From Narcine bancroftii (Eukaryota): 64,000 bases of DNA. Within the stretch, counting starts at the first letter, position 1, and the number at the start of each line of letters is the position of its first letter. Location of the stretch: positions 96,534,001 to 96,598,000 of the forward strand of contig NC_091480.1 in assembly GCF_036971445.1 (NCBI RefSeq), in the 5' to 3' direction. Made by a program: the position numbers and the translations under genes. Below, one piece after another: positions 51,276-63,305 of this stretch. A model generated the notes under the pieces. That model searched no databases and was not told where the DNA came from. It saw only the letters and a list, made by a program, of their open reading frames with translations.

Positions 51276-51521
51276 TGGCCCTTCTCAACCTTTTTGTGGC
51301 TATGTCCCCCACCCCCAGACTTTGCTCAAATGTTTATGGGCCTCCTTCCCTGTGAAGCAGGTAAGTTATGGTTTCTTCCGTACTTCTGTCCTACAAAACT
51401 GAAAAAAAATATTTGTGGCACGAGGTGAAAAGAAAATAAAGTTTTTAGTTAAATGTGCTGTGCCTTCCCACCCCCCCACACTCCCCCCCCCCCCCCAGCA
51501 GAGTCAGATTGAGAATAGCTG
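51276..51521. mobile_element. hAT-type MITE
   Basis: Ends tggcccttctcaacc and ttgagaatagctg; flanks atctaaat/ctctagac resemble the NTCTAGAN target. Confidence 0.55.
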
Positions 51522-52014
51522 CTCTAGACAATAGCATAACACTCACTTTCATTTTCAATGTGTAATCAATGTTGGGATACACCCTTGTAATGACTTGAGC
51601 TGAGCGGATTGTCATGTGGTGGCCAGAGAGAAGGAGAGAGTTTGATTTTCTGTGCTCCCTCCATTCTCCAGGTGGAATCCACTCACCGGACTTCCATTTC
51701 TTAAATGCCTAAATCACTTCAGAAGGATGTAGCTCTGCTGACTTCCCAACAGCATGATCTGATGAGTTGGAATATTGTTAGTGAATACAAACAAATCTGT
51801 TGACACAGATTTATAAGTTGTTAACTTCAAAAGACTGCCCTGAAAATTTTGCTAAGCGGAAAAAAAACAATTTGTGTCAATGCCTGATACAACGATAATG
51901 AGTTTATTGTAATAGGCATTGTACAATGTACATGTACTGAACTTTGTCCTGTAGCCAAATTTTTATAGAAACAAAATAAGAGAATATCTTAAATTAAAAA
52001 GAGATATAAACAGA

Positions 52015-52502
52015 GTGGAGAGAGTGCAGAGAAGGTTTACCAGAATGTTGCCTGGGTTTAAGCATCTGGAGTATGGGGAGAGATTGGACAGATTGGGTCT
52101 TTATTCTTTGGAGCGTAGAAAGTTGAGAGGGGATTTGATAGAAGTATTTAAGATTATGAAAGGGATAGACAGAGTGGATGTGGATAGACTATTTCCGTTA
52201 AGAGGAGGAAAGATTAAAACAAGAGGACATGAGTTAAGAATTAAGGGGCAGAGGTTTAGAGGTAACATGAGGGGGAACTTCTTTACTCAGAGAGTGGTAG
52301 CTGTGTGGAATGATCTTCCGGGAGAAATAGTGGCGGCGGAGTCAATTGTATTATTTAAGAAAAGGTTGGACAGGTATATGGATGAGAGGAAGATGGAGGG
52401 TTATGGGCATTGTGCAGGGAGGTGGGATTAGAAAGGGGTGTTTGGTTTGGTGCAGACTAGAAGGGCCTAATGGCCTGTTTCCGTGCTGTAATTGTTATGT
52501 TA
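52015..52502 (+). mobile_element. Young CR1 LINE 3' fragment
   Basis: Uninterrupted 138-codon ORF2 end (ERVQRRFTRM...LYSLERR.LRGDLIEVFKI...TRGH...FFTQRVV..WN.LP) plus tail ggcctgtttccgtgctgtaattgttatg. Confidence 0.92.
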
Positions 52503-52728
52503 AATGGATGGATGGTTGATAAATATCGTACTGCAAGATAAATAAAGTGGCATATTGTCCTTTTGGTGAGGTTAAAGAGCCAGATAGCTATTGGGGAAAA
52601 AACACCTCTCGGTGCTGATCTTCAGGACCTTCTGTACCTTGAACCTGATGCTAACAGTGAGAAGATGTTGCGACCAAAGTGATTTGGGTCCTTTTAATTT
52701 CTGAAGGTGCTAAACAAAAAGAAGGATC

Positions 52729-53023
52729 TGTAGCGGCGGCTACACTGCTCCTGCAGTAACACATGCAACCAGACGGTAGAGCTCAGTGAGCAGACTCGTT
52801 TATTGTAGGCTGCTGGGCTGCACTTATACTCCCAGCCCGGACCTGGCTGAGAACCGCGCTGGAAGGCGCTGACGTCATCCAGGCGTCACGTGGTCCCCCA
52901 GCGCGGGTTTCCGAGCCCCGAGCTGGAAGGAAAGGAAACCCCCGTCGGTGCCGTTTTAGCAGGCTGCCCTGCCACGTGGCTTACAAGCAGGGCCAGTTCG
53001 TCTGCCTAGTGGTGAGCCCCACA
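52729..53023 (-). mobile_element. Solo LTR (family C-related), GC-rich
   Basis: TG...CA ends; TSD GATC/GGTC; minus-strand gtataag and AATAAA; CpGs retained. Confidence 0.78.
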
Positions 53024-53164
53024 GGTCATCAAGGATCTTGTTAATTGAAAGAGTGAATTAATTTGTGTCTTCTTCATGATAATCTTCATTGAAGAAAATG
53101 TTTGTTTTGATGTTAATCTGTAAATATGAGTTAGAATTGCTATTCATTGAAAATGCATTCAAAT

Positions 53165-53361
53165 CAATCTAGTGTCCAATATGCAAGTTTTTTGAAAACA
53201 TCAAGGCAGCTGATTGAATTGATCTCCCATTTTTATTGTGTTTACTACACATAGGCTTGTAAATTGGCAAACAGATTAACAATCAGGATCTAGCATTAGA
53301 ATTTATTGGCATGAAGAAGTCACAAAATTTGTTGTTTTGTGGCAGCATTCAGATAAACCAT
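53165..53361 (+). repeat. ~197-bp direct duplication, copy 1 (partner 54533-54728)
   Basis: Direct match with few differences. Confidence 0.92.
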
Positions 53362-54025
53362 CCTACAAAAATAAATTAAAATAATGTACAAAAAGTCAAA
53401 GGAAGGCAGTGTCTTTGGTTCATTGATCATTCAGGAATTTGGTGGCAGCGGGGAAGAAGATGTCCTTGTGTTGCTGAGTGCTCGTTTTGAGGCTCCTGTT
53501 CTTCCTTCCCAGTGGTAGCAGAGTAAAGAGAGAATGGACTGGGTGGTGGAAGTCCTTGAGGTTAGAGGCTGCTTTCTTAAGACACTGCCTCTTGTAGATG
53601 TCCTCTGTGGAATGAAGTCTGATGCTCATGACGTTGCAGGCCGAGTTAACAACCCTCTGGATATTTTTCCAGGAGTATTGTCTTCTCCGTACCAGACAGT
53701 GATGCAACCAGCCAGAATACTCTCCACGGTTTACCTGTAAAGGTCTTCAGTGACATACCGAATCTCCTCAGACACCTCAAAAAGTATAGCAGCTGGCGGT
53801 CCTTCTTCATGATTGCATCAATGTGGAGGGTCCAGGGCAGATCCTCAGAAATGTTGACACCCAGGAATTTGAAGTTCTTGACCCTCTCCATTACTGAGTC
53901 CTTGATAAGGACTGGATTGTGTCCTCCTGCCATCCACAACCATCTCTGTGGCTTTGCTAATGTTGAGTGCAAGGTTCTTGGTGTGACACTACTCAATGAG
54001 CTGATCTATCTCCCTCCTGTACAAT
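53290..54025 (-). mobile_element. Rex1/Babar-like LINE 3' fragment
   Basis: ERVKNFKFLGVNISEDL.W..HIDAI.KK..Q.LYFLR.LRRFG; antisense homologue of 3700-4420. Confidence 0.82.
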
Positions 54026-54532
54026 CTCAAGAGAGGTGCTGCACAACACCCTGTTATTAGAGCTTTAAGAAAGGCACATTATTGCGAGAGCATTTCCCGT
54101 TACATCAATAAAATTGAGACAAAGGATGCTGTTGGTCAAAAATAATTTAAATCATGTCAATGAGGTTACCTTGAACTCTTCAGGAAAGACAGATTGTGAA
54201 CAACATTTTATTTTACAAATTGGTCTGGTTAGCCATTGTAGCACATTTAAGTAAAAGCCTCATTTTCTTTTCACTTCACATAATAGTTAGTAAGGGAGAA
54301 GTACAGAAGAAACCAAAACTTGACTGCTTCACAGGGAAGGGGTGCATAATCTTCGAGCAGAATCCTGGGGCAGCCATAGGCAATAAAAAGTTGAGAAATG
54401 GGTGGTCTAGGTTAATAAGTGATTTTTTTTTTCCCAATGACTAATATTTCAAAATGTGCACCACAAAAAGTTGAAATTTGAATGTAACTTGTTTGTATGA
54501 ATCGTGCTTGATTTTTTTATGCATTTAGTGTC

Positions 54533-54728
54533 CAATCTAGTGTCCAATATGCAAGTTTTTTGAAAACATCAAGGCAGCTGATTGAATTGATCTCCCATTT
54601 TTATTGTGTTTACTGCACATAACTTGTATATTGGCAAACAGATTAACAATCAGGATCTAGCATTAGAATTTATTGGCATGAAGAAGTCACAAAATTTGTT
54701 GTTTTGTGGCAGCATTCTTATAAACCAT
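54533..54728 (+). repeat. ~197-bp direct duplication, copy 2
   Basis: Matches 53165-53361, including the LINE tail/flank junction. Confidence 0.92.
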
Positions 54729-54829
54729 ATAAATCATATGAATCTTTGTTCATCTAGTTTTGCTTTAAAACAGAAAATATTGAAATGAGCAGTGGAATAC
54801 CTTTACTGTAGCATTGGACAAGACAATGA

Positions 54830-55850
54830 TCCAGTCCACAGGGAAAGGATTCTGGACTTAATGTAAAGACCACAGTCTGTCCAAGTCAGTAGCAGAATGT
54901 GGGGCACCTTCACGCTGAACACTGGTGCACCTCAGGGCTCTGTGCTCAGCCTGCTTCTGTTCATGCTACTGACCCACGACTTCATTGCCAGATCAAGTTT
55001 GCAGGCGACACAACAGTAGTTGGCCTCACCAGCAACAGTAATGAGTCTCACGACAGAGAAGAGGTGGAAAATCTCGCGTTATGATGCGAGATTAACAACC
55101 TGAGTCTCTGTGGACAAGATGAAGAAGATGATCGTGGACGTCAGGAGGAACAGGAGCGACCATCCTCCACTACACATCATAACTCTGTAGTGGAGAGCAC
55201 CAAGTTCCTTGTTGTCTACTTAACAAGTGACTTAATGTAGACGCACATGACTTCACGTGTCAGGAAGGCACAATAGCGACTACACTTCCTCACTTCCTGA
55301 GAAGACTGAAGTGGGCAAGGCTACTGGCTACATTCTACAGAAGCTCAATTGAGAGCATCCTGGCCGGCTGCATCACTGTGGTACAATTGCTGCAGAGAAA
55401 TATACCGGAGGACCATAAGAGTGGCAGAGAGAATCACTGGGTCTCCCCACCAACCTATCCAGTAGTCCCCCCGTCGATGTCCTCTACCGGGATCGTTGTC
55501 TGAAGAGGGCGTGCAAAATCATTGAGGACCCCACTTCCACCCTGCACACAGAATCTTTCACGTACTCCTGTCGGGGAAGAGATACAGGATTATCAGACCC
55601 AGGCTCAGTGAGAATGCTGTACAACCAAAGGAACTACTCATGCTAGCCATCTGAGACTCTTAATATCCACGAAACGATATTTATATTTTTATTTATTTGT
55701 GCATACGAATGCTTGTCCTGAATATGTATTCTTTGTCTGCATGTGTGTTATGTCTGGTTGTGTGTCTGCGTGTTTTGCACTGAGAACCAGAGAATGCAGT
55801 TTCAACGGTTTGTACTTGTGCAATCAGATGACAATAAACTTGACTTGTAA
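54830..55850 (+). mobile_element. Rex1/Babar-like LINE RT fragment and 3' UTR
   Basis: TGAPQG.VLS and IKFA.DTTVVGL motifs; tail atgacaataaacttgacttg. Confidence 0.78.
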
Positions 55851-56069
55851 GCAAGGCAATATTGGGTTGTACTCATTAATCAAACCAATGCCTCCCATTT
55901 TCTAATGAAAATCAGGATCAGGCTTTCAAATGTATTTTTTGTGCTTTCATTAAGCCTTTTTCCGTAAATTCTAGTATTGGTTTGAATAGTGTTTTCTGTG
56001 GTCATACTGTACACTTTTCAAAATCTGTACGTGACTATAACAAAAAAGATTCTGTTTTTAATTGCACCA

Positions 56070-56273
56070 TCTTCTTTTCTTCTTTGGCTTGGCTTCGCGG
56101 ACGAAGATTTATGGAGGGGGTAAAAAGTCCACGTCAGCTGCAGGCTCGTTTGTGGCTGACAAGTCCGATGCGGGACAGGCAGACACGATTGCAGCGGTTG
56201 CAGGGGAAAATTGGTGGGTTGGGGTTGGGTGTTGGGTTTTTCCTCCTTTGCCTTTTGTCCGTGAGGTGGGCTC
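56070..56273 (-). mobile_element. RTE LINE 3' end
   Basis: Near-identical reverse complement of 2351-2526. Confidence 0.9.
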
Positions 56274-56819
56274 CATGATCACAGATAAACTATACAAGTG
56301 ATTATTTCGCATTCAATATGTCGTCTAGTTTGCTCCCAATTAGCCAATGCACAGAGGGACGCGAGACACCAAGTAACCTTGACAAACATGTCTGAGGGGG
56401 AATTGGAGCAAATATCAAATGAGAGGTTCAGAATCGATGGGGTAATTTGTTATGATTGTATGTTCATCTGTAATCAATGAACTGAGCCAGTAGGGAGATG
56501 TAGACTTGGCTCTGAGGAAAGCCGTGTTTGCACAATATGAAATCAGAAGAGGGAGAATGTTTTTCATTGTACCGAGAGCTCCATCTACTCCTTTGAGATG
56601 TGTGTTGCTTAGAATATGAATTTTCTCTTTCATTTCTTTTGTAAATTCACTCTCATAAATAATATCAAATCCTTACAGTTAAACATCAGAATTATTCAGT
56701 TTAATAGATCAAACTGAATTTTTGTAATATACTATTTTCCATGAAGTGCTTTTAAATAAAATAAAGCATTTTATTGTTGTAACATCCACAAATTTGATGA
56801 TTCTTATAGAAACTGAATC

Positions 56820-58250
56820 TGTGCAGTCATCTCCGTGAAGAGTAACGGGCTGAGCACACAGCTCTGAGGTGTGCTGGTGTTCGGCCTGATGGGGCTTGAG
56901 GTTTTGCTGCCGACCCAGATAAACTATGGTCTTTCAGACAAGAAGTCCAGAATCCAGTTGCAGAGAAGAATGTTGAGGTCCCTTGAGGACAGCTTATCCA
57001 CCAGCCTCTGTGGGGTGATCATGCTGAATGCCCAGCTGAAGTCGATGAACAACAACCTGGCTTGTGAGGTATTGATCTCTCGATGGGTCAGGACAGAGTG
57101 GAGGGTCAAGACTATTGCATCATATCTGGATCGGTTTAGAAGATTGGCAAACTGGAATGGGTCCAATGGCCCTGGAAGGTGTAACAATGCATTCCATCAC
57201 CAACTTGTCAAAGACCTTCATGATTGTAGAAGTTAGTGCCACTGAGCAATTTAGTCCTGATACCATCACTTTCTCAGGCACCAGGATGTTGATGGCTGCC
57301 TTGAATCCTGTGGGGACAGTGAACTGTTGCATTGAGATGTACTCGGTGTCCATTGTGACATTTGTCAGCTTCAGCACCCGACCAGGTATGTTATCTGGAC
57401 CTGCTGCTTTGTGTGGGATCACTCTTGATTGGGCCTTCCTCACCTCAGCTGCTGAATGCCTATTCTTTATGGGAAAATGAAGCATTCTTTGCCATCACCT
57501 TTCTTTTCCTTATCAAACCGTGCATCGAAGGGAGGTACCATTATTGCTGGCCTGCATAATCAGTTCTTGTTTGAATACCCTGCTACATGCCCCTTGTGTT
57601 GCTAATGTCATGTAAGTATATGTGTGGATTTTCTGTGCGTACCCCCACTTTTCATTCCTGATTGCACAGGACAGTTCAGCCCTTCCTGATCTTCATGCCA
57701 TCTCTTTTCCCAACGTGAAAGCAGAATCACAAGCTCTGAATGATGCATGAATCTGGTCATGGTTTTTGATGTCCTGGCTGTGTAGCGTTTGATCACCCAG
57801 ACATCCTCAATACCCTTACTTATGTAACTAGTCAGTCCCCGTATATTCATCGATGTTGGTGGTCATTGTAGATGGCCAACTACTCGAATGTACTCCAGTC
57901 CATGGCTTTAGAGCAGTTCTTCAGTGCTTCTGTGGCTCCCTCTAGCCAGCTCCTGATCTCCCTGTGAACTGGTTTGACTTATTTTACCAGTGGTCTGTAA
58001 ACAGGGAGTAGCAGGATAGGGATTATGTGGTCTGAGAACCAAAGGTGGGAGCGGGGGACAGACTTGTACACTCTAGTGCATTTGTGTTGACCAGATCCTG
58101 ATTGCAAAATTGACATGTCGTTGGAACTTCGGCAAGACCGTTTTTAAGTTGACATGATTGAGGTCACCGGCAACAATCATACAACCATTACGGTGAGTTG
58201 CCTTGGCTTCACAGATTGCCCCATATGCTTCTTCAGTGCTTCCCCATCAT
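56820..58250 (-). mobile_element. Rex1/Babar-like LINE, N-terminal RT and endonuclease remnant
   Basis: LDPFQFA...ARLLFIDFSWAF..I.P..LV.KL...CNWILDFL..RP and KAAGPDNIPGRVLK. Confidence 0.8.
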
Positions 58251-58444
58251 GTGCAGGGGGAGGAACATTGACAGTGTGCCTTTTTAAAGTTATAAAAGGC
58301 ATTGGTGAGACAACATCTGGAGTATCATGTGCAGAATTGGTTTGCTTATCTAAGAAAGAACATACTTGCAGTTGAAAGGACATGGTATAGGTTTACTAAA
58401 CAAATTCTTTGGATATTGCGACTACCATAAGAAAATTAATTAAA

Positions 58445-58710
58445 ATGATTAAGTAAAAACACAAAGCTGGAGAAACTCAGCAGGTTAAATAGTGTGCTTT
58501 ATATAGCAAAGATAAAGATACGTAAACAACGCTTTTGACTTTGAGCCCTTCATCGAGGTCATGATTGATGAGGGGCTCAAGCCTGAAATGTTCGTTATCT
58601 ATCTTAATCTTTGCTATATAAAGTGCATTGTTTGACCTGCTGAGTTTCTCCAGATTTGTTTTTACTTCAACCACGGTGCTTGCAGACTTTGTGTTTTACT
58701 TTTTATCATT
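58445..58710. mobile_element. Palindromic Penelope-like terminal element, second full hairpin
   Basis: Inverted arms centred near 58560; ttgatgaggggctcaagcctgaaa on +, with the counterpart on -. Confidence 0.78.
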
Positions 58711-59574
58711 AAATTGAGTTAGGTTTCCTTTGAGTATATCCTGCCTGATATATTCAAATAGTCAAGAAATTCTAACATGTACTTCGAACAGATTATGACA
58801 GGCTGGATGTGAAGAATATATTCCCTGTGATAGGTTGCCTAGAATGAGGCGACATGCTCTCATCATACAAGCTGAGACATTTCAGACTGAAGCCACAGAG
58901 CACCGTCAAGGATCTGTGCTAAATGGCTCACATATTACAGCATAGATGAAGGCTACTCTGTCCATCAGATCCATGCCAGTTCCCAGCAGAGCAATCATGT
59001 CCATGTCATTCCTCCTGTCATCCTCCTTGCAATGCATTAGTTCTCTCATACCCATCAACTGCTCTTGGGTTCTTTTAGCTAGATTGCATCATAATTATTG
59101 TAGCAGTTAACCAGTGATAATGGTTCTGAGTTAGAGAGGAAATGGGAGCACCTGATCACAGGTAACAGTATAGATTCCACACAGCATTAAAAGTCGGGAT
59201 CAAATTCGGGTTTCTGGAGATAGAAGAACTTGTGAATGGCATTAAGAGATATGTGGAAAGAACCAACATATGGTATTGAGATGTGTGATCACCCACAATT
59301 GTTTTGAATGATAGAGTAAGCTCAAACGGCAAATTGGTCTTCTATTTTCCATGTTTCCACTGTCCTCATACTAGCCATTACTTTCACTGAAGCAGAGACT
59401 AGGCCTCAACATGGTAAAGCAGTTCAAAGCTATGCTATATAATACTGGCTTTTATGGTACTAAGTCACCACCTTGTATGGCCTTGTGTTGGAGACCAATA
59501 TGTACAGTCAGCAAGGTGCTGATTTTTGAGAGCAATTGTATCAACTTGTATGAGCATGTATCATATTACACGTT

Positions 59575-59944
59575 AGGCTTTTTCAGGTGCATTCTACGCT
59601 AAGAATGTGCCTGCGCGGCCATTTAAATTGCTGTTCAGGTGGCAGTGTTTAAAGCGCAGGGCTGGCCACCTGGAGGACACAGCTGCACAGGATGCGGCTC
59701 TGAGCCCACTCCGGCTCCTGCCCAGTGTCAGCTGTGATCAGCAGCCTGGACCCTTTAACATCCGCTTTCAGCCAGCTACATTCAGGTGGCTGGGGGAGCC
59801 GCTGAGCTGATTCTCCCTCTCGGAGGAGGGTTACGTAGCTCGCCTCAAGAGCGCCTCCTGCACATTCAGGTGGCCTCAAAACAGCCGCATATTGCCTAAA
59901 CCTGCAGCTTTACCTGCGGGGCAATTGGCCACCTGAAAGCGCCT
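59575..59944. mobile_element. PIF/Harbinger-like MITE
   Basis: TIRs aggctttttcaggtgc and gccacctgaaagcgcct; six internal caggtg/cacctg copies. Confidence 0.68.
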
Positions 59945-60165
59945 ATTGTCAACTTGTTGAGTAAATGCAAGGTGTCAGAAATGACCATACTGTGTCAGAT
60001 ACACATTAGAATAGACAAGTTAGAATGAAGGATGTAATTTTGAAAGTTCATTTGGCATATTTCTAGGAATGGTATATACTTTGAAGAATTTGGCTTCATA
60101 GATTCATACTCGATGAACAGACATTTACTTCCACTGATGGAATAATTTCATTGAGCTACTTTTAG

Positions 60166-60984
60166 TATTACATGTTCCCAGTTCATTTTCATTTAAGTGG
60201 GACTGTCTCTTTAAGAGAACAAATCAAGCTGCAAGCCCTGTAAGTTTTGGAGATTGACTGTGGGGATAGGCTGGGGCCAGTGTGCACTCAAATACATTAC
60301 TTCTGAAGAGGGAGGAGGTTGCCCTGGAAAACACAAGTGCAGAGACCATGTAACCAATTACTCAGTTTGATCGGGGGCCATTTTAAATGCATCTCTTTGA
60401 AGGGAAATGGTGCTGAAGTGGCCTTGTGTGGTAATGGACAATTTGTCCGAATTCTCTATCAGGAGAATGAGATCACCCCACCGTGGTCAAAGGAACAATC
60501 ACTTTGGAAGGGGGATCTGTGTACCACATCGTGAGCAAAGGAGAAGGTCACTTTGAATGGTTGACTCACAAAAGGATTCTGGAAGCAGAAAAATACTGCA
60601 TTTGGATTGTGACCATTAAGACAGTCATTTCAGCTGATCCACCAAGGAATTCTGGAAGCAGAGGAAGACTGCGTTTGGATCATGACCATTGTGAGGACCA
60701 ATTTTGGCTGACCTACGAAAGGGTTCTGGAAGCTTTGTGAAAATCACTCACTTCATGTCCCCTACACAAAGAAAAGGGGAGTTTGATTGCCATTCGTCTG
60801 AAAAGGACATTTCTTTGGAGGCATCTAGACAAGGATTTTGTGAGTTTACCACAGCCAGTCACCCCGGTCTCTCCCACCTACTCCATGATTATCAATTTAA
60901 GAGTCATGGTGTCAACACTGGATTTTGAACTGATCTTCCAGAATTGGGACTGAACTGTAATTGGGATATTTTGAGTGCATGTGT

Positions 60985-61055
<71 letters not shown>

Positions 61056-61176
61056 GGGTTTGTTTAGAAAGATTATATAAAGTGTTATATATTTGGTGAT
61101 TAATAAATTAAAATATTATTTTAAATATAACACACTCTTGGCTAATTTTTTATTGCTGCTGTGTGAGTATGTAACA
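60166..61176 (+). mobile_element. Possible old long solo LTR containing a (CA)n tract
   Basis: Ends ...ttgctgctg...TGTAACA with an upstream AATAAA; start TATTAC (possibly a decayed TGTTAC); no TSD. Confidence 0.4.
60987..61051. repeat. (CA)n microsatellite, ~32 units
   Basis: Seen directly. Confidence 0.97.
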
Positions 61177-61522
61177 TCGGGTGAGGTGGGGATGAGGCTT
61201 TTGTCTTTCTGTTCATGTTAACGCTGTCCTTTCTTCTTCATTGTTCTCTTCCATGTCTTCAATCAACAGCTGCTGGTACGACCTGTTAATCATTTCATCA
61301 GTGATGCGATCAAAGGCCCAGATTATTGATTATATTAGTTCAAGAGGGCAATTGAAGTACAATTAAGGTTTGGTAATAATTGCTTTGCCAGTAGCCCTCG
61401 ACACTCATAATTGAATAAATTAAAGATTATCAGAAATGTTTTCCATCTCACCACTGTGCATTTTAAATATTCATAAGGAACCCATTGTTTTTATCATTTG
61501 GCATTTGGAGATGTAACATTTA

Positions 61523-61673
61523 TCCACACCTTGATGAAGGGCTCATGCCGGAAACGTTGGTTATTCTATCTTTCTTTATCTTTGCTCCATAAAGTTCACT
61601 GTTTGACCTGCTGAGTTTCTCCAACATTGTGTTTTTTAATTCAACCGTGGGGAGTGCAGACTTTTTGTTTTAT
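61523..61673 (+). mobile_element. Penelope-like terminal repeat (single arm) with hammerhead motif
   Basis: acc ttgatga agggctcatgccg gaaac gtt ggt; then ctgtttgacctgctgagtttctcc. Confidence 0.75.
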
Positions 61674-63212
61674 TTCGAGATGTGATGTAGTTTCATGAAG
61701 TTCTAATGCATTATTGCAGAAATTTAAACCTTTTTATTTAATCTTTATTTTTGCCATTCTAATAGTGACCATCCATTTCACTGCAGCAATGGAAGTCATA
61801 CACTGATGTGATGTTTCCATGCAAGGCGGGTATTGTTCTGTCAGATTTAGATTTTTTTTCTTCACTGATTGATATTTTCATACAACGCCAGAATGAATTC
61901 CGTTATTTCCCAGAAGGCTGGAATATCTGTTCTCATCCACATTTCTTTCTTGGACTTGGTTCTGAAGAGCTGACAAACCAGCCAAAGATAAGGGAAGAGC
62001 ACAGGGGAGGAGAGAATCATTAATTAGGGTTTTTTTTTTGGATTGTCTTGGATCATCGTACTGCTGCCGCATAAACAGAATTTATTTCTAAATGCTTAAT
62101 TTTCTCAATTTAATTTTCACTTCCCCTTCCTGCCTGATATATTCAAATAATCTGCAATTTTTTTTAAAATTCCTCACTGATGTATGCAATAAATTGTTTC
62201 CTTGTGTTACTCACAGTTATGGGGACTGAAGGGAACAAAAGGTAGAAATGAGCTAAGGAACATATTTACACGTTAAGAAAAGGTTTTGTTGTTAAAGACT
62301 GGATATGTCAGAATGAAGATTAAATTCAAAAAAATGCCAAGAGGTATTGAAAACTCACGAGTGACTGACGAAGCAGCCGAAGTGTAATGCAATGACTCTT
62401 TTACTTTTCCATTAAGGTGACGAGACCACTGAATGCCTATTCTAACATTAAAAACTCCAGGCTATAGAAAAATCTGCTTTCTGAAAGGAATGACACTTTA
62501 AAACCTCTCACACTCTTTATGTAGCAGAAATTCCCCCCAGGTTTCATTCTGGCAATGTTACATGATGTTTCCATGGTTACAATTAATTATTTGCCCCTTA
62601 ACTGTGAAACGCAGCTGATGCCTTCTAACTTCTCATTATACTCCCTCCTCCTATCTGAGATTTTTGATAATTTAGTTGGGATTTTTCAAATTAGTTACCG
62701 TGTAAATTTTAATAACATGCCTGCTGTCCAAAATGCACACAACCTGAGGGATATTGAACAAGATCAATAATAAATTAATTTTCCATGGAAATTAGTTCAT
62801 TGCAAACCAAAGGAACTCCTCCACAACACGTTTAATTAGCCATCAAAATATGCTTCATTCTTTTTCATATTTTCATTCGTAATGGCTCCAGTTCTTGATG
62901 GAGCAAGGATCTTGGACATAAGCACCCTCCAATACAAAAGATTTAAAAGAAGAATTGTATCTCTCCAGGTTGACAGTATCTACACCTTCGACTCTCTATG
63001 GGGAGTCCACTAACATCCCCCATGAATAATGACTTTGTAAGTCATGGACAAAGAGAATCTATCCTGCCTGCACTTGGGGTTGTACTCTTACATCTTTGTG
63101 TGGGTGATTGAGTTTCTCTATGAATTTGGCTGGAGATTTTTTTCTCAAGCAAGGAGAGTGTTCTTCAGGTAATGAACGATGGCCCATATTTCCAAACAAG
63201 TGAAGCTATATA

Positions 63213-63305
63213 AGAAGGGCTCAGGCCCGAAATGTTGGTTGTTCCTATTCTGTATATCTTTACCTCCTATGGACGCTTCAAGGCGTGCTGAGTTCCTCCA
63301 GCAGT
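63213..63305 (+). mobile_element. Penelope-like terminal remnant
   Basis: gaagggctcaggcccgaaatgttggt...gctgagttcctccagc. Confidence 0.6.

Noticed and set aside
52015-52431. Host protein-coding gene (138-aa ORF)
   Set aside because: It is the C-terminus of CR1 ORF2 in a 5'-truncated copy.
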